The translations under genes and the position numbers were made by a program. Below the pieces are notes generated by a model, which had not been told where the DNA came from, made no database searches, and worked only from the letters and a program-made list of their open reading frames with translations. A stretch of 14,657 nt of DNA from a virus, in the UHGV virus genome UHGV-0107399. One strand, written 5' to 3'. Positions 6,844 through 14,457 of the stretch are shown here, one piece after another; the stretch's first letter is position 1; each line of letters starts with the position of its first letter.

Positions 6844-7022
6844 AGTTATTCCTTGCTGGCTGTGTGAGAACTACCAGCATACCACCGAGCCTGAAGTGGA
6901 TAAAAGACAGGCACATAAGAGTGGGTTTCGCGGTGGTGAACTGCAGAGTTAAAACGCTCAACTGTGAAGATCAGCACCACGGCACCACCAGCGAAGTTCA
7001 CTCAGCAATAGTGGAGAACATC

Positions 7023-7229
7023 ATGGTTCATCAGCACTACGGTACACAGACAGTAAACCGCGGCGCAGTTCAGCCGGGGATGCTCGTCAAACACAAGGAT
7101 TCAACCTGGACGGCATCAGCTAATGCTCGTGGTCGTTTGTATCTGCATCGCGGCGTTGAGATGACTTACACCAGGGATTTGCTGGTTGAAGTTTATCTGA
7201 ACGGTCTGGGGAATGGCCTCAGCCATTAA
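7023..7229 (+). CDS. Hypothetical small protein (68 aa)
   Basis: Internal start of ORF 6864..7229(+): ATG 7023 (MVHQHYGTQTVNRG...) with GGAGA 5 nt upstream. Sits in the slot where Rac-type prophages carry kil-type genes; this is positional inference only. Confidence 0.4.
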   Translation: MVHQHYGTQTVNRGAVQPGMLVKHKDSTWTASANARGRLYLHRGVEMTYTRDLLVEVYLNGLGNGLSH

Positions 7230-7262
7230 CGGAGAGTTGCCAAAACACTTTAAGGACAGGTG

Positions 7263-7421
7263 ATGAAAAAAGAATGTGGTTATTGCCACAAGCCTGTTGA
7301 AGAAGGCGCAGAAGTAAAGAGCACCTTGCTCTATCTCAACGGTTCGCAACTGGCACAGAAAGAAAAAGAATATTGCTCTAAGCAATGCGCTGAATACGAC
7401 CAGATGGCGCACGAAAGTTAA
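7263..7421 (+). CDS. Hypothetical small Cys-rich protein (52 aa), putative zinc-binding
   Basis: Hand-translated as MKKECGYCHKPVEEGAEVKSTLLYLNGSQLAQKEKEYCSKQCAEYDQMAHES, stop TAA 7419-7421. AAGGA lies upstream. CxxC ... CxxxC motif. Below the 60-aa cutoff of the supplied ORF track. Confidence 0.45.
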   Translation: MKKECGYCHKPVEEGAEVKSTLLYLNGSQLAQKEKEYCSKQCAEYDQMAHES

Positions 7422-7506
7422 ATAGCAGTCCTGAAATATGAAATGAAAAATTCGCCATTAATTTGGCGCGGCTTCTTACACCCTTAATTTAACAACTGGA
7501 GATTTT

Positions 7507-7794
7507 ATGGAAATCGTAAAAATCGAAATGAACCTGAAAGCAGTGAATAAAGAAGTGGCTGTATTCAACTGCGAGAAGAAAGTATCAGGCGTTATTCACT
7601 CAACTACAAACGGTGAAACAACAGTCATTCTCGACGGTGGCTATGTGCTTGGCAAGTTTGATTGCCCGCACTGCGCCATTGAGGAGATCAGCTTGCTGGT
7701 ACTCAAAATCAGCGATAGCGATTACGCCGGCTGTGGAACCTACCGTACATACAAGCAAGATTTTATGAATGAGGCGATCGTAGCCGTCAGTTAA
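7507..7794 (+). CDS. Hypothetical protein (95 aa)
   Basis: ORF 7507..7794(+), with TGGAGA upstream. Contains CPHC and CG motifs. Followed by a GC hairpin at 7801-7816. Confidence 0.5.
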   Translation: MEIVKIEMNLKAVNKEVAVFNCEKKVSGVIHSTTNGETTVILDGGYVLGKFDCPHCAIEEISLLVLKISDSDYAGCGTYRTYKQDFMNEAIVAVS

Positions 7795-7934
7795 GCGAAA
7801 GCCCACCGAAGTGGGCCCGCCATGTCCGGCCTCACCGACCAAAGTTACACCGGAAACAACATTAAAACCAAAGTTAACCCAATGGGCGCTATCAATGGTC
7901 CGGGGATTCTAACACCCAAAAATGAGGATCTCAC

Positions 7935-10844
7935 ATGGAATTTTTCCATCTGATAAAAGCCAGTCAGAAGTCTGGCAAGAAAGATGCAGTGATTTGGTTC
8001 ACTGCGAAAAGTGTAGCGCGCGCCAATCTCCAACTCGATGTGGCACTGGAAGAAGCCGGAATTGAAGAAACTGGCCGCGGTAAAGATTATGCCAAACCAA
8101 TCCGCACCGATTTCCCGGTATATGACGACCTGCCGGAAGAAGGCGCAGTGGATTACACCTGGTGCGAACGCTACGAACTGCAGAACGATGACCGCACCTG
8201 GCTGCCAAAAGTCACAGCTGAAAACTCTGACGAGAAAACGGCTCAGACCGTTGATAGTCACATAACTACTGAGTCAACGCTGTCAGAAACCGCTGGCATC
8301 ACGCTGGACGAACACGACGACGACTCAACCCTCTACCCGGTAGTGCAGATGCCGTTTCGTAAGCAACTGCTTTCCCAGTTCACCGCCGACGAACTGCGCC
8401 ACCACGTAACCCACGAAGAGTACGAAGCTATCGGCGCGCTGGAGATGGACACTGATAACAGTTACGTCCAGAACTTGCTGTTAGCTGCTGAGAACTGCCC
8501 GGAAGTGAAGGGTTACGACACCAAAGACCTGTGGCGCTACACCGATGCCATTCGCAAAGTGTTCAGCCAGGACAAGCGTCACGAACTCGCGCTGGTACTC
8601 CGTTTCACCAGAATGTGGGCGGCGACTGATTACATTGACCGTGGCATCCTGGCGCGTGAATGGGCCGCCGGTAATCGCATCAGTAGTGTGCAGCGTACTG
8701 ATTCCGGCACTAATGCCGACGGCGGTTACGTCACTGACCGTGGACCTGACGCACACCACACACTGGACACTCTCGATTTAGAGATTGCGTGTGCCCTTCT
8801 GCCTATGGACTTCAACCACTTCGAGATCCCGGGCAGCATTCTTCGTCGCGCTAAAGAAATCGTGACCAAAAAAGAAGAACCATGGAAATCATGGAGCAAC
8901 ATCCTGCGCAATCAGCCAGGCGTTCTGGGTGTTAACCGCACGGCTATTTTTAACCTGGTACGTATCGCACCGGAAAATATTCATTTAACCCCTGTCGCTC
9001 ACCTGGAATTTGTTAACCAGACCATGACTGCTGAATTCAACTCTGCGGTTGAGTTATTGCCGTTGCATGAAGCTGAAGTAGCAACTCAGGAAATTCACCA
9101 ACCTGAAAGTAAGGAGTCTCCGCGCAAATCCTTCTGCACTCACGAAGAGAACCTGCAACGCGTGCGTGAAGAAGGAGCACGCCGCCGCGCAGAGGAAGCG
9201 GCAGCACAACCGCAGAAAGTCGAACAAGAACTGGTTAAAAATGTCGGCAACGGAATATTCGACGTTACGGCTTTGCTGCAGAACTCAGCAACTCATGGCA
9301 CGAAAAAGGCTACGGAGACCACCAGCAATGTGCAGGTTCAAGAAACTGTCAGTGATGAAAAACAAGCTGGTGATGAAGTACAGCCAGGCGAAAGCAGTCT
9401 GGAGTCTGGTGAAGAGTCAGATACCAGCCAGAAGGACGATGTAGACCAGAATACGGATTCTGTCGCCAAAAATAGCGATTCTGTAAGCCAAACCGAACCA
9501 GTTGCAGCACAAACCGAGCCAGAAGCGCAATCTGACGAACCAGCTGTTGTTTATCCCGCTTATTTCGAGCCAGGCCGCTATGAAGGGCTGCCAAACGAGG
9601 TTTACCACGCCGCCAACGGCATCAGCTCAACCCAGGTGAAAGATGCGCGCGTTTCGCTGATGTACTTCAATGCGCGCCACGTAGAGAAAACCATCGTCAA
9701 AGAGCGCTCAGCGGTGCTGGACATGGGCAACTTGGTGCATGCGCTGGCGTTGCAGCCTGAACTACTGGACGCAGAATTCAGCGTTGAACCGGTGATCCCT
9801 GAAGGCGCATTCACAACGGCCGCGACCCTGCGCGCCTTTATCGATGAGCACAATGCCAGCCTGCCGGCGCTGCTGTCTGCCGACGACATCAAGGTGTTAC
9901 TGGAAGAGTACAACGCCACCCTGCCGCCGCAGGTTCCGCTTGGCGCTAACCTGGAAGAAACGGCACAGAACTATATGGCGCTGCCAGCTGACTTCCAGCG
10001 TATTGATGGTGACCAGAAGCAGACGGCGACGGCAATGAAGGCATGCATTAAAGAGTACAACGCCACCCTGCCGCCGCCGGTTAAAACCAGCGGCAGCCGT
10101 GACGCGCTGCTGGAGCAGTTGGCAATCATCAACCCTGACCTTGTGGCTCAGGAAGCACAGAAACCGGCACCACTGAAAGTGTCCGGTACCAAATCAGACC
10201 TGATTCAGGCCGTGAAGTCTGTTAATCCGGAAGCCGTATTCGCCGACGAGTTGTTGGATGCGTGGCGCGAGAATCCGCATGGGAAAGTGCTGGTCACCCG
10301 CCAGCAGCTGAGCACCGCACTGGCCATTCAGAAAGCCCTGCTAAAGCACCCAACCGCCGGGATGCTGCTTCAGCATCCGAGCCGCGCTGTTGAGGTGAGC
10401 TATTTTGGCTTTGACGACGAAACCGGACTTGAAGTCCGCGTGCGTCCTGACCTTGAGATCGACTTGGACGGGGTACGCATCGGTGCCGACCTTAAAACCA
10501 TCAGCATGTGGAACATTAAGCAGGAAGGTCTGCGCGCCAAACTGCACCGGGAAATCATCGACCGTGACTATCACCTGAGCGCCGCCATGTATTGCGAGAC
10601 CGCGGCACTTGACCAGTTCTTCTGGATTTTCGTCAACAAAGACGAGAACTACCACTGGATCGCCATCATCGAGGCATCCGCTGAACTGCTAGAGCTGGGC
10701 ATGCTCGAGTACCGCAAGGCGATGCGCGCTATCGCTACCGGCTTTGACACTGGCGAATGGCCAGCGCCGATCACCGCTGATTACACCGACGAACTGAACG
10801 ACTTCGACCTGCGCCGCCTTGAAGCGCTGCGTACTCAGGCATAA
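7935..10844 (+). CDS. RecE-like exonuclease (exodeoxyribonuclease VIII-like), 969 aa, with C-terminal PD-(D/E)xK nuclease domain
   Basis: Long ORF directly upstream of the annealase gene. The C-terminal region carries a PD ... D-x-K arrangement (VRPDLEIDLDGVRIGADLKTISMW) typical of the RecE/lambda-Exo/YqaJ nuclease fold. GAGGA lies 6 nt before the ATG. The acidic middle region contains EYNATLPP repeats. Confidence 0.75.
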   Translation: MEFFHLIKASQKSGKKDAVIWFTAKSVARANLQLDVALEEAGIEETGRGKDYAKPIRTDFPVYDDLPEEGAVDYTWCERYELQNDDRTWLPKVTAENSDEKTAQTVDSHITTESTLSETAGITLDEHDDDSTLYPVVQMPFRKQLLSQFTADELRHHVTHEEYEAIGALEMDTDNSYVQNLLLAAENCPEVKGYDTKDLWRYTDAIRKVFSQDKRHELALVLRFTRMWAATDYIDRGILAREWAAGNRISSVQRTDSGTNADGGYVTDRGPDAHHTLDTLDLEIACALLPMDFNHFEIPGSILRRAKEIVTKKEEPWKSWSNILRNQPGVLGVNRTAIFNLVRIAPENIHLTPVAHLEFVNQTMTAEFNSAVELLPLHEAEVATQEIHQPESKESPRKSFCTHEENLQRVREEGARRRAEEAAAQPQKVEQELVKNVGNGIFDVTALLQNSATHGTKKATETTSNVQVQETVSDEKQAGDEVQPGESSLESGEESDTSQKDDVDQNTDSVAKNSDSVSQTEPVAAQTEPEAQSDEPAVVYPAYFEPGRYEGLPNEVYHAANGISSTQVKDARVSLMYFNARHVEKTIVKERSAVLDMGNLVHALALQPELLDAEFSVEPVIPEGAFTTAATLRAFIDEHNASLPALLSADDIKVLLEEYNATLPPQVPLGANLEETAQNYMALPADFQRIDGDQKQTATAMKACIKEYNATLPPPVKTSGSRDALLEQLAIINPDLVAQEAQKPAPLKVSGTKSDLIQAVKSVNPEAVFADELLDAWRENPHGKVLVTRQQLSTALAIQKALLKHPTAGMLLQHPSRAVEVSYFGFDDETGLEVRVRPDLEIDLDGVRIGADLKTISMWNIKQEGLRAKLHREIIDRDYHLSAAMYCETAALDQFFWIFVNKDENYHWIAIIEASAELLELGMLEYRKAMRAIATGFDTGEWPAPITADYTDELNDFDLRRLEALRTQA

Positions 10845-10849
10845 GGGGA

Positions 10850-11968
10850 ATGATGATGGAAAACACGAATATCGTAACCGCTGAACAGCAGACTCCAAAC
10901 ACGATCTCAGCCAGCAATGCCATTTTCAACGTGCAGGCTTTAACCCAGCTTCAGTCTGTCGCCGGGTTGATGGCACAGGCAGCCGTAACGGTGCCTGAGC
11001 ACCTCCGCGGCAATCCGGCAGACTGCATGGCCATCATCATGCAGGCGATGCAGTGGGGTATGAACCCTTACGCCGTGGCGCAAAAGACGCACCTGGTTAA
11101 CGGTGTCCTGGGATACGAAGCGCAACTGGTTAATGCGGTGATCTCCAGCTCAAACGCCATCGTTGGCCGCTTTCACTATGAGTACGAGGGCGACTGGTCG
11201 AAATGTGCCAGCAGCCGCGAGATAACCGTTAAAAAGCCTGCGAAAGGTGGCGGGACGTACGACAAGAAAGAAATGGTACGCGGTTGGGAAAGTGCTGATG
11301 AACAAGGACTGTCGGTACGGGTAGGTGCCGTTATTCGCGGTGAAAGTGATATCACCTGGGGAGAGCCTGTTTTCCTCTCCAGCGTAATCACACGTAATTC
11401 TCCACTTTGGGTATCAAACCCGAAACAGCAGATCGCTTATCTGGCACTCAAATACTGGGCGCGCCTGTATTGCCCTGCAGTTGTTCTTGGTGTGTACACC
11501 CCTGATGAGATTGAACAGCGCACAGAAAAAGAGATCAACCCAACGCCGCAACGCGTTAGCCTGGCTGATATCTCAGGTGACACCGTCACAACCACGCAAA
11601 GCGCACAGGAATCGTCGGTAAATGTCGACGCTCTTGCCGATGATTTCCGCGAGCGCATCGAGGCAGCACAGGATGTTGATAGCGCCAAAGCACTGCGTGC
11701 TGATATCGAAAGCGCGAAGGCCACGCTCGGATCTGCCCTGTTCACCGAGCTGAAGAATAAGGCAGTGAAGCGCTACTACCTGGTTGATTCACGTAACAAG
11801 GTTGAAGCCGCGATAAACTCCCTGCCGTCTCCGGATGATCCGGATGCAGCTGAACGGTTTGGGGAAGTTGAGCGAGTTCTTGCAACGGCAAAACGTCATC
11901 TGGGCGACGAACTGCACGATCAGTTCAGCATCACCTTGGCGGATATGAAACCGGAATACGTGGCCTAA
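10850..11968 (+). CDS. ssDNA-annealing recombinase, lambda Bet (Red-beta)-like
   Basis: GNPADCMAIIMQAMQWGMNPY resembles lambda Bet GDASDAQFIALLIVANQYGLNPW (by eye). Sits immediately downstream of the exonuclease gene. Three tandem ATGs at 10850, 10853 and 10856; SD spacing favours 10856. Confidence 0.65.
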   Translation: MMMENTNIVTAEQQTPNTISASNAIFNVQALTQLQSVAGLMAQAAVTVPEHLRGNPADCMAIIMQAMQWGMNPYAVAQKTHLVNGVLGYEAQLVNAVISSSNAIVGRFHYEYEGDWSKCASSREITVKKPAKGGGTYDKKEMVRGWESADEQGLSVRVGAVIRGESDITWGEPVFLSSVITRNSPLWVSNPKQQIAYLALKYWARLYCPAVVLGVYTPDEIEQRTEKEINPTPQRVSLADISGDTVTTTQSAQESSVNVDALADDFRERIEAAQDVDSAKALRADIESAKATLGSALFTELKNKAVKRYYLVDSRNKVEAAINSLPSPDDPDAAERFGEVERVLATAKRHLGDELHDQFSITLADMKPEYVA

Positions 11969-12002
11969 GGGAGGCGGGAGGGCGAACCCTCCCGGTAACG
12001 AG

Positions 12003-12347
12003 ATGAGTAAATCTTTAAACGCACGCTGCATCCGCCGCTGGGAAATTGAGTTCAAAGGACGTTGCGATTCGAAAGTAAGTCCTTGGTGGCGCAAACACCA
12101 CCTTCGCGGTTACATCCGGGAATGCGCCCTGACAACTGCCGACTGCATGGTTGAGCGTATGGCTGAGGACAACGCTCTGGTTGATTTTCAAGGTAATGGT
12201 CGCGGCTGGTCACCGGAGTTCTCTGCTTGGTACCACGAACGCCGAGAACAGTATCTCAAAGAGGCGCGCGACTATCTAAACGAAGACGCCACCAATGACG
12301 AGATCGACGAGGAAATTCAGAACGAGCTGGAGGCCTGGAATGACTGA
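12003..12347 (+). CDS. Hypothetical protein (114 aa)
   Basis: ORF 12003..12347(+). Weak SD. An 8-bp hairpin lies immediately upstream at 11975-11994. Start is uncertain; an internal Met at 12147 is possible. Confidence 0.45.
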   Translation: MSKSLNARCIRRWEIEFKGRCDSKVSPWWRKHHLRGYIRECALTTADCMVERMAEDNALVDFQGNGRGWSPEFSAWYHERREQYLKEARDYLNEDATNDEIDEEIQNELEAWND

Positions 12348-12534
12348 GCTGAATTATAACCCGGCAGACCCCGACAAAATGAAACTCCCGAAGGGTAAGA
12401 CTTGCGGCGACTGCGCCCATATCCGCCGCTGTAAGACAATTTTCGGGCATACCGAAACTGATACATATTGCGATTGGTCGCCGTCTCGAGCAATTTTCCG
12501 TCAATCATCCAACCCAGATGGCGGTGAAGCATGA
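12340..12534 (+). CDS. Hypothetical small Cys-rich protein (64 aa)
   Basis: In-frame part of ORF 12295..12534(+), starting at ATG 12340 (MTELNYNPADPDKMKLPKGKTCGDCAHIRRCK...). The ATG overlaps the stop of the upstream gene (ATGACTGA). Confidence 0.5.
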   Translation: MTELNYNPADPDKMKLPKGKTCGDCAHIRRCKTIFGHTETDTYCDWSPSRAIFRQSSNPDGGEA

Positions 12535-12773
12535 AACTGATTAACCGCGGCAATCAGCAATCCCCGATAGCGCGTCAGGCATGCGACATCGCGCTGGCCA
12601 CTCATCACGAACGCTACGGCGACTACGGACGCAGCAAGATGAAGGAAACGTACACGGTGAGAGTTGAAGGTGTGAAGGTCTGGGTGGAGGTAGTGAACCG
12701 CAAGGCGAGCTACGTGGCCACGGCGATGACAGGCATGCGCCGTCTCCGCTCCCTGCCCGGGCAGGTTGGTTGA
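12531..12773 (+). CDS. Hypothetical protein (80 aa)
   Basis: ORF 12531..12773(+). Its ATG overlaps the upstream stop (ATGA), consistent with translational coupling. Confidence 0.5.
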   Translation: MKLINRGNQQSPIARQACDIALATHHERYGDYGRSKMKETYTVRVEGVKVWVEVVNRKASYVATAMTGMRRLRSLPGQVG

Positions 12774-12814
12774 AAAAGATTTTGAATGGCCCGAACGGGC
12801 AACTGGAGAGAGCT

Positions 12815-13012
12815 ATGGATGATATTTTGGTAACGTCAGACCTGACCAGTCGCTACAAAATTTCACGCAAAACCCTTTGGTCATGGCAAAGTGCAGACAC
12901 AATGCCTCGGGGCTTCGTATGCCCGTTCCCACCCCCTGACTGGCCCGGCAACCCTAACCGCTGGCGCTCTGAGTCAATCAAAGAGTGGGAGGATAAAAAG
13001 AAGATAAATTAA
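12815..13012 (+). CDS. Excisionase / AlpA-family small DNA-binding protein (65 aa)
   Basis: In-frame part of ORF 12770..13012(+). Starts at ATG 12815 ([24 protein letters not shown]...), with GGAGA 5 nt upstream. Small basic HTH-like protein adjacent to the integrase gene, as expected for Xis/AlpA-type recombination directionality factors. Confidence 0.6.
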
Positions 13013-14202
13013 CTGAAGGGCTCTCCGATGATCTCTTCAAGATGGCTCTGCCAAACGCGGAGCCAGTGTTTCTGATCATCGATATAGTCATGAAGGTTGT
13101 AATGCGCCATAACCCCCACCATCTGATGCCCGAGCAGCTTTTCAATTACGTGCGGCGGGCAACCTAACTCAGAGAGATTTGTGGCTATCGTCCGCCTCAT
13201 ATCATGAAGCGACCACTCTGCCATACCTGTTCCATTCCAAATAGAACGGGCGTAATTGGATGCCACAGGTGAATGAACGGGCGAATCTTTGATCCCGCCA
13301 TCAATTTTACGTTGTGAAGTCACCAGGTGATTGGTGTTTATTTTCTTGAGGTGATTTCTGACCAGGTTAACGGCGGCGTCTGAGAGTCCCCTTCTAATAT
13401 GTACCCGAGTTTTATAACTGCCCGCAGGCACGACCCACTCATTATCATCCAATCGAAACCATGATCTCTCACTAAGTCGAATCTCAGCCGTACGGCATCC
13501 GGTAAGCATAATAAATTTCACCAGGAAAACGGACTCTATCGACATATGGCTTTTCAACCACTGATAGATTTTGCGCAGATCGTCATCGTCCATCCTGCGA
13601 GTTCTCTTTTTAGGCTTTTGCCCGACATCAGATGGCAGTAATCCCTCGAGTGGGTTTGAGGCGATCACACTTCTGTTAACGCAGAACCTAAACGCCCGTT
13701 TGCACAGCGAAAGCATGTAATGAGCCATCACCCTGCTTTCTATAGAATCGAAGACGTTGATCCAGTGCATTTTCGCTGTGTTATCGACTTTGACATTCTT
13801 CATCGGTTCGGCGATATGTTTCTCAAACACCTGGCGATAGTAATCGACTTTAACTAGCCCGTTAGCGATACAGTGCCTTTCAATCCAGTAATTGAACGCT
13901 TCGGCAACGGACATCGCTTCCTGTCGGGTCTGCTTATCCAGCTTCACCTGCTCTCGCGGATCCAGTCCCTCAGTTAACCAGTTTCTGAATTGTTGGCGAC
14001 GCTCTCTTGCCTGGGTGATACTCATTGCAGGATAATCACCAACATTGAGTTTTACCGCTTTACCGGCCCAGCGATACCGATAGAAAAATGATATTTTTCC
14101 GGCCTGGCTGATTCTGGCGTTGAGCCCGTGCGAATCAGAAATAATCTCGATATCATCTCTTTTCTTGCCGAGCGCCTTCCTGAGCTTTGTGTCGGTGATC
14201 AT
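13009..14202 (-). CDS. int: Tyrosine site-specific integrase, P4-like family
   Basis: ORF 13009..14259(-). N-terminal arm-binding-like region (ITDTKLRKA...[37 protein letters not shown]...GLDPREQ) resembles P4/CP4-57-type integrases. C-terminal catalytic signature includes HDMRRT and the HxxGxxxxxxY-type ending [22 protein letters not shown]. Start chosen at ATG 14200-14202 (MITDTKL); 14217 is an alternative, and the track start at 14259 is a GTG. Confidence 0.9.
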
Positions 14203-14206
14203 TGAA

Positions 14207-14249
14207 TGGGTACACATTTTTGTTTTTGGGTACACAAAAGTGTACACAA
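14207..14249. promoter_or_regulatory. Direct repeats (TGGGTACACA x2) plus palindrome GTGTACAC at the 5' end of int; candidate regulator or arm-type binding sites
   Basis: TGGGTACACA at 14207-14216 and 14227-14236; GTGTACAC (self-complementary) at 14240-14247. They lie immediately upstream of, or overlapping, the chosen int start. Confidence 0.4.
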
Positions 14250-14429
14250 AGTTGCCCACTCAAAGCTACACGCAATGTAACACTAGTTCGCAGAGTGTTA
14301 TGGTTTACATCCTTGAAAGCCTGCTGGATAAGGGTTTAGCGTAACAGAACGTTTTTACGCGGAATTGTTCGTAATATGCCAAATGACAATTTAAGAAAGT
14401 GTTCTGAATAGAGATTCAATATTTAAGGG

Positions 14430-14457
14430 CACGGTTTTTGCAACCGTGTTCTTGTTT
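14430..14457 (+). terminator. GC hairpin with T-rich tail (possible intrinsic terminator or small-RNA 3' end)
   Basis: CACGGTT (14430-14436), loop tttgc, AACCGTG (14442-14448), then TTCTTGTTT. No convincing plus-strand ORF lies upstream of it. Confidence 0.3.

Noticed and set aside
7116-7412. Minus-strand ORF 7116..7412 (98 aa)
   Set aside because: It is antisense to the two small plus-strand ORFs, which have proper SDs. Its translation is Phe/Leu-rich low-complexity sequence, mirroring the Lys/Glu-rich sense strand.
7600-10655. Minus- and plus-strand ORFs nested in or overlapping the 95-aa ORF and the recE-like gene (7600..7842, 7845..8261, 7999..8208, 8038..8265, 8481..8759, 8545..8781, 8726..8911, 9166..9444, 9349..9608, 9602..9919, 9844..10038, 10341..10655)
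   Set aside because: All are embedded in the 95-aa ORF or the long uninterrupted 969-aa reading frame that has a good SD and a recognisable nuclease domain. They are shadow ORFs.
10689-12553. Minus-strand ORFs inside the bet-like gene and the small downstream genes (10689..10898, 10940..11125, 11176..11391, 11437..11745, 11789..12094, 12256..12504, 12317..12553)
   Set aside because: They are antisense to a translationally coupled plus-strand gene series and have no start signals.
14120-14344. Plus-strand ORF of 74 aa overlapping the int 5' end
   Set aside because: It overlaps the integrase N-terminus antisense, has a hydrophobic low-complexity translation and no SD.
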